A stretch of 63,946 bases of DNA, filler included, from Polymyxa betae A26-41 (Eukaryota; Protista; Endomyxa: Phytomyxea), in assembly GCA_003693705.1 (NCBI GenBank). It is 5 parts of 5 records of this genome, joined end to end, with 100 filler letters (N's around TTAATTAATTAA, not from the genome) between each part and the next. Parts side by side here need not be neighbours in the genome. Positions count along the whole stretch, not along the records: positions 1 to 23,375 come from RBZT01000598.1; 4 more parts are not named here. One strand, 5' to 3'. Shown here in pieces: positions 1 through 11,900 of this stretch. Under the pieces are notes generated by a model. That model did no database searches, was not told where the DNA came from, and was given only the letters and a program-made list of their open reading frames with translations. Numbering within the stretch: position 1 is the first letter of the stretch; the number at the start of each line of letters is the position of its first letter. The position numbers and the translations under genes are program-made.

Positions 1-163
1 ATTATTATAATTTTCATTTTTTTAATATAATTTTTGAAAATCCTATATTTTTATAAATTATCCTAAATTTACAAAGATTCGTCGAAAAATAAGGTTATTG
101 GGTGTTATAACGTGGATTATTGAGGTTTTTGTATGGGGGATGGGGGGTGAAAAAAAAGGGCCC

Positions 164-1450
164 TCAAACCATATGGGTCCATAAGCTGCTCGTGGCCTTC
201 AAAATGTCAACTTTGTAGATGTCGTGTTCACCCGCGGAATCTCTGTCTAAAGCGTTACCTATCTGAAACGTCCGATAGCGCTTCTTAAATGCAGCAATGA
301 TCCCAGCGTCCATTGGCTGAATTTGAGAAGTGGTATTGGGAGGAAAAAATAACACAGTAATGTTTGTCAGCTCGATAGACGCGACAGCGTGCGAAGGAGC
401 GTTACCTAGAAGTAGCAAAATTTGACGATTTTGCGTTTTCATATCCGAATCGAATTTCAGAAGCCATTGTTGAAACAATAAGCTGGTCATCCAGGCTTTT
501 TTGTTAAATCGGTAATAGAGACCGTAATCCTCCGCTTTCTCCTTTTTAAATGCTCGTGGTTTTTCGAAGTGACCGATAAAAAAGAGATCTCGTTTTTCAG
601 TTCCATCCGCGTTGGCGCACAAAAGCAATCGTGATCCGAGTTTTATCTTTTTTTTAACCCAGTAATTTGGCGGGTCGCTATCGTTCGATCTGGTACGAGA
701 CAATAAAAGAGTCCAGTCTCGTCCATGTTAAAGACATCAGACGGGTTATATTCGGCAATTATCGATTGTAAAACAGGTAACTCCGCATGGACTGCATCCA
801 TATCGGCAGAGCCTGCTTCTCCTGACAGTTTCAAGCTTTTCATTCCGTGACGATCCAGAAATTTTTGAAGCCATCCGTCAGAAAAAGTAGTGCATTGATC
901 ATCCGGAATATTTAGAATTTTTGCAAAGCGTTTGGCCTTTTCTTGAATAATTTGCCAATTTAAAACCACTCTACGTTCCTGACATTGAATAATCCATTCA
1001 GCAAGCGCGTTATCCAGAGCCGGATGCGGGATGCCTGATCACTCTTTTCCTCTTCAAATTCGAATTCCGATCAGAAAGATTGTCATCAATATAACGCTTT
1101 TTGTTTATGATATTCGATATTGTTCCTTGGCTCGGAGCTTTAGCCAACTTGAACTCCTTCTTCCCCCAATCTGCCAATTGCATCTGAGTCATTTTCGAGC
1201 CTTGTGCTTGTTCGTACACCGACTGGGCCTGTTTGACAGTTAATGTGTTCGATGTCGATGTCGTGACTCTGAATTCTTTCAAAATGTTGCTAACTGTGGC
1301 CTGCGATAGTTTTGGGAGATTAAACTGTCCTCTTGCCCAATCTGCAATTTTAGATTGGGACATCTTAGGATTCGAAAGGCGCTTTTCCAATATCTCCGAA
1401 CGTTGCGAAGGAGTTAGCTTGTTCTTCAGATGAACTTCAGCTGAAGGAGT
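164..1450 (-). mobile_element. pogo/Tigger (Tc1/mariner superfamily) transposase, frameshifted and 3'-truncated
   Basis: Three consecutive ORFs. 1010-1390 has two HTH-like repeats (SQSKIADWA..SQATVSNIL / TQMQLADWG..SQGTISNII). 643-969 has a CENP-B-type HTH (FSDGWLQKFLDRHG) and YNPSDVFNMDETGLFY. 164-703 has DDE_1 motifs (KKAWMT, LLLLGNAPSH, PPNTTSQIQPMDAGII). Confidence 0.93.
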
Positions 1451-1543
1451 AACAACCGGGTTCGTAACAGATAATTGACATTGTTCTGTTTTTGTACACC
1501 AGATTCACTTACCGAAACCTTCGTCTTTTTCATACGGCGTTCC

Positions 1544-1852
1544 TGTATCGGTTTGGGAACCAACTAAGCAATCTTAGATTGAGTTGGTTCCCAAAAAGAT
1601 ACAAAAATGTGTTCCGGCTCCTTTCGAGTCGCTTTTCAGCATTCCCCAGGGCATCCTCATATCCCCAGCACCTAAGCGCTTCGTAATGGTATCCCGAAAC
1701 CCCTCAAAAATCCTCAGTCATCAGCGTGACTCGAACCCCGGCCCTCCCGGAGACGAACACATTTTTGTATCGGTTTGGGAACCAACTAAGCAATCTAAGC
1801 AACTAAGCAATCTAAGCGCTTAGATTGCTTAGTTGGTTCTGAAACCGATACA
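1544..1852. repeat. Foldback/MITE-like cluster of four copies of a ~30-45 bp inverted repeat
   Basis: TGTATCGGTTTGGGAACCAACTAAGCAATC occurs at ~1544 and ~1766, with reverse complements at ~1575-1610 and ~1820-1852. AAAATGTGTTC/GAACACATTTT extends the inner pair. Confidence 0.8.
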
Positions 1853-2885
1853 TTCCACAGAATCGATGAACGCAACGATTACAGTCCGGACAGCTGCCGA
1901 TTGCGATTGAGAATATAAAAGCAACAAGACGCGAGCCGTCGATAGGTTGATTGCAAATTGCACACAAATCCATCCTGACGAGTTGGTCCTCCAGCTAATT
2001 CGCTATTCAGAATGAGGAATGAATGCAATGTGTTACGATGGCAACAGCAGCGTATTTGGGCAGTACGAGGTTTGATAACAAAGTAGATATTTATTCATCG
2101 CAAACAATAGTAATTACATTAAGTTGAGATGTATACAGCACGTGAATTAAACTGAAGGGCAGAGATGAAGACGAACTGGATTGGCCGTCTCGTCGGCGAA
2201 GTCAATTCTTGACTGTTCTGGCCTGAACGCCTGGCGAACGTTTTGTGGAATCCTTGTGGTTAATGACAGTTGATTAGTGGATTTGATGGCGACGAATACG
2301 GGTAGCAGAGGCCTCAAATCCAGGCATCGGCCAAGCCAAGACACTGAACCAATCATGTTAGAAAGAGCTTCATGAGACAAAAGTGCGCTGTGGTGCATTT
2401 ATAAATGCGTTACGGCGCAATCAATTTTTGCGCACGCAATATTAAGCTATAAAAGATTCGTTCTATAATTAATACGAGTAGGGTCTCCCGACCCTATTAA
2501 TTATAAGAAAGTCTACAGTAGTTCTCGAACTGTTCAGTAACACAAGAAATATCTCTCTGTGACTGTGTTTTTATTACACCACTATTAACAAAATAAACTA
2601 CAGCTTCTGACCGGGCTGAGCCTTTGGCCTCAGTCCGATCAACGAACGTTTCTACCAACATCACTTGTTGTGTCGCTCCCGCCTTCTTCTTAGATATTCT
2701 TCTTCTCTTCTCTTCTTCCTCTTTTCTTCCTCTTTTCCCCATTCCTCGACCCCTGTTGGTACCGGTACATAAAGAAATCCGCAAATCTACATCCAGTTTT
2801 AAAGGCAGGCAACAGTCACAGTAATAAAAGTGGGTATTTATCTTCCGTATTTTCTTGAAAGTGGATCTGAGTAAACACTTTTATT

Positions 2886-4880
2886 ATGATGTCTTCGTCT
2901 GAGAATGAAACCTCGATATCTGAGACGAATTATGATTCTAGCGATGACTTGTGGGATGGTCTCTGTTTTCTGTATCATTCTGCGATTGCTGCGCTGGATG
3001 CTGTTGAGGCAGAAGGGAGCACGGCTGGATCTCAGCAATCTGTCAATCAAAACAAACGCGTTCGTAGAATGCATGGAACTCTGATAAAAACACCTTCGAT
3101 CTTCAAGAACATTACTAATTTCACTGTGAACGAGTTTGAAGAGCTCTCCAGCTTCGTCAAAAATTAGGAGCTGAGCAACATCTCGTTACAGCTTATGCTC
3201 ACTACTCAAATGGTACAATCGAAATTGTCAATCGTCAAATTATAAATTTATTGAAATGCTTAATATCCGAGCTAAGAAGTGATAAAGCCGACTGGCCTTG
3301 GTTCCTAAAGTTGGTGGAACACACATTGAACCATCGTCCACAGCGACGACTGGGGGGCCGTGCTCCAATCACAGTCATGACCGGGCTTCCGGCTGACAAC
3401 CCACTTGATAGTATTTTCTATAATCCACAGACTTTAGCCATAAGTTCTGTTGAGATTGACACTCGAATAATCTCTGACACAGTAGAAAGTTTGCAGTTGA
3501 GTCTCCAACATATCACATATGCACAAGGAAGTGCAAGCTATGACCGAAAATGAGAGACAGTCACACCGGGACTGTAAATCGAAACATAGCACATTCCCAA
3601 ATTTTAGTATTGGTGATTATGTCTTGGTTGCTATACCAGAAAAGTAAACTAATACTAGTAAACTTGACTTTCTTTGGCATGGTCCATACAGATACTCATA
3701 AATCATATGTTTTTACAGTTGAGAATATTCTCACAAAAGAGACACAAGAAGTCCATGGTGACCGCATTCAATTTTATTGTGACAGTAAATTGAATGTGAC
3801 CGAAGAAATCTTAAATCAGATTGCTTATGATACAAAAACACGACAACTTGAACGAATTTGTAATGCCAGATTGAATTCCAATAGTACTGACATTGAGTAC
3901 TTAGTAAAATGGAAAGGCTTCACAGACATGGAGAATTCTTGGTGCCACGGATCCGATATCCTTCGTAACTATCCTGGTGCAATTGATAATTTTATATCCA
4001 ATTCTCCAAACCATCCATTTATGCCGATTATTCGTGCATCATTGCCAAAATCAGCTATATGCACTGTTTAGTAAGTAGACCTTTTTTTCCAAACCTTGGT
4101 TTCATCCCACAGGGTTTTACAAGGGGCGGTTTTACTGGTGCTTCTATCACGTGCTGACACAAATTTCTCACTTCCTCATTCTAAATTTGTTTTTGGGGGA
4201 GGTAGTGTATGGGATGGGTTGCGCCATCAATGACTGGTAGAGAACGTGATCTGAACGATTAGTGGAGAACATCCTGGCAACGACACTTTCCTCGTAGAAG
4301 AATATGATAATAAAATATCAGAAAGAATTTTATCTATCGATTGGGTGAAAAACCACACAAAGCGTCTGCCCAGTTATGAGATCTACAGGAAGAGGAGCTG
4401 GTCGCCCTCCAAAGCTGAGCCTTACACAGCGGCTCATGAAGTTATTGCTATTTTTAAAACATGATAATTCATGCAACTTCGATGCGCTCCAATGGAACTG
4501 GGCTAGGAGCTCAGTTTGCGACGACGCGATTTTTGTCGCCCGATGTATTTTACAGGCTTGCGAAATGAAATCCATTGGCCTGGACCTTCTAAGAGGGAGG
4601 CTTTAGGACGTACTATTCCGCATTTGCCAGGGTGCATTGTATTCATTGATGGTACATTTTTTCGAATTCGGCGACCTTACGACGATCCCGAGGAAAGACG
4701 GTGGTTTAACGGTCGAAAGAAAATGTACTGCTTCATAATCATTTTGTCGTCGATCACAATGGACTTTTCATCTACATAGACCCCGGATATTAAGGCTCTT
4801 TTCATGATGTGAACATCCTGAGAGAGTCCAGTCTTGACAGGAACTGGAGGAACTACTTCATGCATACCGATGACTATCAT
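2886..4880 (+). mobile_element. PIF/Harbinger DDE_Tnp_4 transposase, split by a Gypsy fragment and frameshifted
   Basis: The N-part (..FKNITNFTVNEFEELS) resumes at ~4363 as VCPVMRSTGRGAGRPPKLSLTQRL..KHDN..WNW..GCIVFIDGT..RRP..WFNGRKKMYC..VVDHNGLFIYIDP..GSFHD. It is collinear with the copy at 52688-53837. Confidence 0.88.
3160..4359 (+). mobile_element. Ty3/Gypsy chromovirus 3' fragment: integrase C-terminus, chromodomain, PPT and 3' LTR
   Basis: Integrase motif SNGTIEIVNRQI..W..L..V..LN..P and chromodomain EYLVKWKGFTDMENSW. PPT GGGGGAGGTAG is followed by an LTR TGTATGGG...ACCACACA (4206-4359). Confidence 0.85.
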
Positions 4881-5695
4881 CTGTAAGCTGGTCGGCTCTC
4901 TCAACTATATTGCAACCCGAACACGTCCAGACATCTCACATTCAGTTGATGTCTTGTATAGATTTTTGGAGAATCCAGGCAGAGAGCACTGGACAGTTGC
5001 CAAACGTGTTCTTCGGTATTTAAAAGGAACGGCTTCATGGGTTTTGAGATTTTATTCTTCAAATCAGCCGATAGAGGCTTATAGTGAAAGTGATTCTGCT
5101 GGCGATCCGGACCAACGGTGATCAACTTCGGGATTAATTTGTATGATGTCTGGAGCCCAATTATTTGGAGGAGCCAGAGACAGAAAACAACAGCCGAGTC
5201 TTCAGTCGAAGCCGAGTACATGGCCAAACAAATTTTGATAGAATTGGGATTTTTGAACAATGCCGAGGCAATTACAATCAAGGGCGACAACCAGGGGTTC
5301 GTTAAGTGTCGCAAACAATCATAGAGCTAACAAGAAACCAAATATATAGATGTTCGCTATCATGCAATTAGAGATAGAGTGGAAGATGGCACGATACGGC
5401 TAGAATTCCGTTTCAACAGAGAATATGGTCGCAGATTCACTCACGAAACCAATTCTAAGCAAAAGTTTGAGTGGTGCCGCGCACAATTAAGGTGTGACGC
5501 ATTCTCCAGATGGCATCATTTCTGAGGGACGTGTTGATACGAGCTAAGCTGCGGCAGAGCCAGCATCTACTTCCAGTCGGAGCCACTCTAGTACAGCCAG
5601 CATTCATCTACACTCAGTCACAGTAGCTGCTTCCTTCGCTGCTGTGTTATTAAATACTCACTTCCTTTGCTGTATTGTTCTGTATGCTTCCAACA
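4880..5695 (+). mobile_element. Ty1/Copia 3' fragment: RT C-terminus/RNase H, PPT and 3' LTR
   Basis: Motifs LVGSLNYIATRTRPDIS..HWTVAKRVLRYLKGT, WRSQRQKTTAESSVEAEYMA, KYIDVRYHAIRD and ADSLTKP. PPT TGAGGGACG is followed by an LTR TGTTG(5532)...CAACA(5695). Confidence 0.92.
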
Positions 5696-6300
5696 GTTTA
5701 ATAGAGATACCTGGATCAGAAGCGGATCAATCCCGCTGCTGGTACTCGCTACAACGAACAGACAATGGTCAACAGAAGTGACAGAACAATGATGCAGAAC
5801 CTGAGATCGATAGGCCGGTGTCCAGACCAATTTTCGAAACAAACGATGATCGTGACAAAAAGACGCTGTTCCGAGGTCGAGGTCTGAATAGAAGCTTCGT
5901 CTAAACGCCTGTGGGCATCTTCAACAGACTGATGCGCTGTCATAGTTTTCAGCTCCAGAATACATTCGAGCGCTTCTGATCCATCCGAATTTGGAGGATT
6001 CAAAATCACTACGCCATCGATAGATGTTGCCATCAGATGGTCGATCGTTAGTGCCGTCCACTGGACTTCTTTCGCAGCAATCCCCGTTCTACGATATCAT
6101 CCATGATGCGGAATTCTTCCCCTTGATCATCAAAGAATGCCGGCAGGGTGCGACGAATGCTCGACTCATTGACGCTTCCTAACTTCAATTGAGAGTTGGT
6201 GAAAGGTTTCATAAACCACTTCTCTATCAAACTGGCAGTCAGACGAACGCTACTAAGAGGTAAGCTTTTCGTGGGCTCGAGCAGGCGCTCGATCAGATCT
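5696..6300 (-). pseudogene. YqaJ/lambda-exonuclease-like PD-(D/E)XK nuclease relic, probably transposon-borne
   Basis: Frameshifted motifs in YqaJ order: LGSVNE..I, ERGLL, ATSIDGV, LELKT, YRSQVLHH..V..CLFVVA. Confidence 0.6.
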
Positions 6301-6421
6301 CTCTTGTTGCTCGAGAATTCTGATTCCTAGAGCTGCACAAGCTCCGTAACTCTGACACCGGTCTGTGGTTTAAATCGTCTCGATCGAAACCAGGGAAATT
6401 TCTCTGCCCTGTGATTTTAAT

Positions 6422-6687
6422 AGGGGGTATCAAACATGCGCTTTCCGTAGCTTTTAACGTCTGCTTTTAAAGGTTTTAAAAACGCTTTTCACTTTGCTGT
6501 TGATGCTATAAGTCTGTGCAAAATAGGCATTTTCCGTTTTTTTTCGCAAGCTTGCGTGGCCTCCACTTTTAAAGCGTTTTTAAAATTTAAAAAAGCATCT
6601 CCCGAGGTGCTTTTAAGATGTAAAAGCGCTTTAAACCGATGCCACGTTAAATTTTAAAAGCGCTTTACGCCAACTTTGATACCCCCT
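6422..6687. mobile_element. MITE (266 bp), PIF/Harbinger-like (PHIS) type
   Basis: 13-bp TIR AGGGGGTATCAAA/TTTGATACCCCCT, with a 3-bp direct repeat AAT on both sides (6419-6421 and 6688-6690). Internal AAAGCGCTTT-like repeats. Confidence 0.85.
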
Positions 6688-7641
6688 AATGATAGATAAC
6701 AGCGCCTGCTCGACTGGGGTATCGAACCGCTCATAACAATTAGAAGGAACAACGTGAGCAGCGGTTGAGGTGATGGACCCGGCCCGCAGAATGTGCCATT
6801 CAGCTCCGCTTAGGCTACGTGTTATACAATCAGTACATTGGTCAACCGTGGTTTGATCAATCAGTGGATGGCCTGGCTACCGGGAATGTGCCAGCACGTT
6901 TCTGCTTGCACCAGATGGCAGTCCTTGGTGCGGTTGAAAAGCATTGCGACTCTTCCCCGTCCACCAAAGGTAGGCGATACCATACACCCATTTGTCAGCA
7001 AACTTCTTTCGAGCTACTTATAAGCTTTTGACACCTTTGTCCATCATCACAAGGCAGTACTTGCTTTGCTGTGAGCAATGCCACCGAAGGGCCAATTATG
7101 TGAAAGCTTCACGCACAAAGATTCTTAATCAGTCCAGTGAATAAATAACCTGCATCCATAGCAATGGTTTTATTAAGCCTTTGAACTTGTTCAGGAAGGC
7201 CAGCAGATTACATCCACATCCTGAATACCTTGATATGTCAGAGTAACTTTCCCCTTTGACCAGAAGTCTGATTCCAAGAACCACATAGGATACAACGGAT
7301 ACAGCATTACTACAAACCACGCCGAAAGCCTTCACTTGTGAAACCCATATGCTCCGACAGAGCAGAAGTCAAACGATCTGGTCGTCATCCAGAGCTATAA
7401 CGATACACCACGAATATATGCCAATCTACATGAAGCGACGGTTACCGCCTGCTCCGCCGCCCGAACTCCTGAGTCAACCGCAAGTGGACAGTCCCCAGAG
7501 CTGCCATAATCCGACCCTCTGCGAGCGTTCAAACACTTCATAATATTCTGAAAAGAGTTTGCCTCAGTTCTCGCCAAGACTATCTTCAACATACTTGTCC
7601 CTGACAGTGTTAACGCAATCACTCTGTGCCTTGCCTCTGCC

Positions 7642-8400
7642 ATGGACATTGAAAAAATGCAAATGACGTTACAGCAGCAAAAGCTGCAGATTCAGGCTTT
7701 GTTACAACAGCAACAAGAGTTTATTCAAAGATCCCATCATCAGGATAATGCCGCCTCTGTTATCACTACGGCATTGCCCCAAGAACCTTTAGTTAAAAAA
7801 CCCAACCATTTCGACAGTGAAAAATCTCGTTTTCGAGGATTTATCAATCAAATTCATTTGTCATTCAGCAACAACCACGTGCAAATTCAACAGACCGCCA
7901 ACGTGCTCTATTGATTGGGAGTCTACTCATCGGACCGGCGCTTGACTGGTTCTCTCCAATATTCGAGGGCAATGATCCTTTTCTGGAGAATTTGAAGAGT
8001 TCGCTCGTGCATTACAGTCTCGTTTTGGAGATCCGCTTCGTCAACAACACGCTGAATCTAGATTACAAAGCATCAAGGCCGCAGGTCTGTCGATGAATAC
8101 TCCTCTGAATTTCAAATGACTTTAGAGTATGCCGGATGGGATCAACGGGCGGTTATGTTCATATTTTTTCATATTTTGCCAAGGTCTCAATATCGAAGTC
8201 AAGAAGTTGCTCCTGCCAATGCCGCAGCCGACCACACTGACCGACCGGATCTGGTACGCGAACCAGATCGATCTCCTCATTACTGAACCCTACCGCCAAT
8301 CGACATTCTCGAAACAATGGCAACAACCAGCTGCCCCGACCGCACCGGCTCCCCAGCGCTCTGTTCAGCCCTCCGATCCGATGGTGATCGAATCGGTCGC
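7642..8400 (+). mobile_element. Ty3/Gypsy gag (PEG10/retrotrans_gag-like), degenerate
   Basis: Coiled coil, then PNHFDSEKSRFRGFINQI, IGSLLIGPALDWF, FCQGLNIEVK and a PM(V)I end motif. Several frameshifts. A possible 5' LTR lies at ~7337-7542. Confidence 0.8.
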
Positions 8401-8607
8401 AAATGTAGCAAGTCTACTGAAATTGATGTTACAATTGTAATGATGAATGCAGAATGATTATATTAGATGGATTACAAGCCCTTATATATGTCATGATTCA
8501 CTACTTCCGTTCAGCTTCCGAGCTACCTCATGCGTCATCTACCATCAATTCCAAGTTCCTGTTGANNNNNNNNNNNNNNNNNNNNNNNNNNNNNNNNNNN
8601 NNNNNNN

Positions 8608-8924
8608 TCTTGTTCGCCTGCTTCTTCGTACCCTTCACTTATTCTTCCTCGCCCTGTCCCAGTCCTCACATTAGATTCGAGAATCCTAGTTCCTATTTAG
8701 TGCACCCGAACAAGACCCATGATCGTTAACGGCGCCCCTTTCGACGCTACAAACCCTGAACACCGCTTCGCTCCGCTCCACTCCGTGCCCGCCGCTCCGC
8801 CTCCGAGGACTCCTTGACGTCGTTCCGTTGCAGGACACCGGTCCCCCGCGTCCTACCCTCCGCTCCCGATTCATCGCTCCGCTTATCTAACCAATAAAAG
8901 GGGACCTTTTACTCGATCCTAACA
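8608..8924 (+). repeat. LTR-like repeat end, shared with 53981-54301
   Basis: ~160 bp near-identical to 54140-54301. It ends AATAAAAGGGGACCTTTTACTCGATCCTAACA and abuts the first zinc finger of the MULE ORF. Confidence 0.7.
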
Positions 8925-11900
8925 TTTCCGCTGTGAGCAATGTCAGCAGTCGTTCACCAGGAAGAACAGCCTTAACCGGCACAACGCTTCTAAACACAGT
9001 GACGACGTCAAAGTCCAGTGCCATTATTGCAATAAGGTTTACGCCAATGAACGGGTGCTTCATATGCACTGTAAAGGCTAAACACGGAGAGTCGTCGACC
9101 AAAAACATAGAAGGGAATTTTATACGTGATCAATGCGACGATGAAACATTCAAAACAGCCGAATCTCTATCCCAACATTATCAAACAGTAAGGCAACTTG
9201 ATGCTTAGAACTGATGCTGATATTTCTCAGGTCCATAATTTCACCGCCTCCAATGAGTTCTTGTTTGAATCAGAGGAAAGCTTTCTCCAATTTTATGAAC
9301 AACATCAAAAAGTCGCAATAGATCCAGACCCTTGGAAAGCATTTATTGGAAAACGGTAAATCGGTGATAACGTTCATATGCCGGCGATCGCATGACTCTC
9401 AGCATTATGTTGAGAAACGAAGCGAGCGATTAATTCGCGCCCACGGTTCTGTTAAACTCCAGGAAAATTGTATGTCTTGGCTTCGAGCTGTCTTTTATCC
9501 TGACGGAAAGATATCAGCCGTGTATTATTATCATCACACAGGGCATGATCCCGAAACCGATCACTTCAACACCTTGCGATTGGACGAATCTGTTCTAAGT
9601 ACCATCGATAGAATGATACTGGATGGAATCCCAGCTCTCACGATCATAAAAAAATTAGATGCTGCTTTGCGAGATCGCGATACACGGGAAGATGCATTTC
9701 AGGTATCTTATCACGGCAAGTAAGGTGTTAGGGTTTTCTGATTGTCAAGCTTAGAGCAGCGAGCGCTCAATGTTCATTCGAAGGATGGATATACGCAACC
9801 GCATGCAAAGGCTTAAATTACTAGCAGGAAAGAATACCGAAGATGCGAGGGCGGTCGATGAACTTGTACAGAAAATGCAGAAAGAGAGCTTCAACAGCAT
9901 ACCTTTTTATAAAGGTATCCTCTGCTCGAAAGCTAACGCAGATTAGATAATTCACAAATGTCCAGCTGCAGGTGTCGACGATTGCAGTAGGTTCGGCTTT
10001 CTGAAAGAAGATTTCTTTCTATTTATCATGACCAAGTTGATGAAATACCTGATAGAAAAATACGGTAAACTTCTGGAAATTGACGCAACACACAATACCA
10101 CGACATATGGTTACAAGTTAATAACTTTGATGATTGTCGAGCCTTCAACGAATTCAGGATATCCTGTGGCGTTTTGTATTGCGCCATCAGAAAACGAAAA
10201 ATGCATTCGTGCGTTTTTTCAGACCGTTAAAGCAAGTGCCAGCTCTTTTATTTTTGTTAAACTTATTCTGTGCTCAGACATCGGTTCCCGGCCTGCAGCC
10301 GACTGTCCTATTATCGGATGATGACGCAACGTCGTGGAATGTTGCTAGCGAGGTTTTTTCTGGATCTCTACAGCATTACTTTCTTTGTACGTGGCACATT
10401 GATAAAATTGGCGATTACAGGTAATGCAACTCCATATGGTAATGACTTTGATTTCTTCTAATTTGAAATCACTTTAAGCTTCGGGAAAAAGTTAAAGACG
10501 CTGCTTTAAAGAAACGGATTTACCACCAACTATGTATTCTTCGCTGGGAGCGAAATCCTGAGGTTTTCGAAAGGATGCTGGCGAGTTTCGTAGCACAGTT
10601 ACCAGACGAGTTTGCTTCATATTTCAACACCTATTACACGCCGCGAACAAAAAAGTGGGCTCTGTGCTATCGGGATCCAGAGCTGCCCGATACTACCGCC
10701 CACCCGGAATCGTTCCATAGAGTTCTGAAATACTTTTATATGGAAGGCAATGCCGAATGTTAATGATCCATTACGAATCTGCTAACTGAGTGCCTCTCAG
10801 GAAAACGTCAGCGCAGGTGCAACCGTTTGATTGGCATCCTATTGAATATGGAGTTCGACTACAGTATTTCCTTTTATTAAAACCCTAAGTTCCTATTTCA
10901 GGTTTGAGAGTGTTAAGGAATTCCAGGGTCCAGGGTCTCATCAAAAGTACGAAATCGGGATTTAGGGTCTTATATTATCAGCAGTTTATAGAATTTTTGC
11001 AGACGTTATTTCTCGCAAATACTTAGTCGTTCCGCAGGAAGGGTGATGCCCGAACCAGGGATGATGGGTTCCCCGAATGGATCTTCTCCTAATGACTCAC
11101 CAGAAAAGACGTAGGAAATAAAGACGATGACTGATCCCTCGGCCACAGGTGCAACATGAAAACCCTATCCTTAACCCAACAGCAAACAATGAGACGAGTA
11201 GAAAACAACGGATCAAACAGCTGCGCACTCCGTCATACATCACTTATTGATTAAACATCTCCACATCTATGATGCAATTTGTTTTTGAAAATAAAACAGC
11301 ATTTTTCTTCTGTTGAGACCCTGGAACTGAGCAAAATCACGCCTTCATTTTATTAAGACCCTGAAAGTAGTGATGAATCAGGGTTGAGGGTGCTAAACCT
11401 CACAATCCAGGGTTTAGGGCTTATTAAAAATACCGATAAGAAAAGGAAATACTGTATAATCTGAAAAATGAGAGGTGAGGGTCTCAAGTATTATTTTTAT
11501 AGCATTTTGTAATCCTTTTCGATCAGGCGGAGTTTTGGTCTTGATTACGATGGGATTCCAAAGAGCTTAAAAGAACGAATAAGAAGAACAGCTCGCATGA
11601 ATCCCGACCTTATTCAGGAACCCGCCGAAGATCTATGGAATGTCAAATCTGATAGTGGAGAAACTGTATGCATTTATATAGTAAGTCGAATCCCAAATTG
11701 CCCCAAACTAGAAGGTGTGTTTGTTTGTCAAGGCGTTGGTTATATGCAGACCGATTCGGAGGTTTCTGTAATGGATAACTCCATCATTACCAATGATGTT
11801 GATGCTGATTCCGCATTGACTGCATGCGAACCGTGCAAGGCTTTCAAAATCTGTGGAGGAGCATGTCGACATGTTTCCCATTGTGGTTGTATCGATTACA

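Noticed and set aside
1660-1820. Functional tRNA gene
   Set aside because: B-box present but no consistent cloverleaf; it is embedded in an inverted-repeat element.
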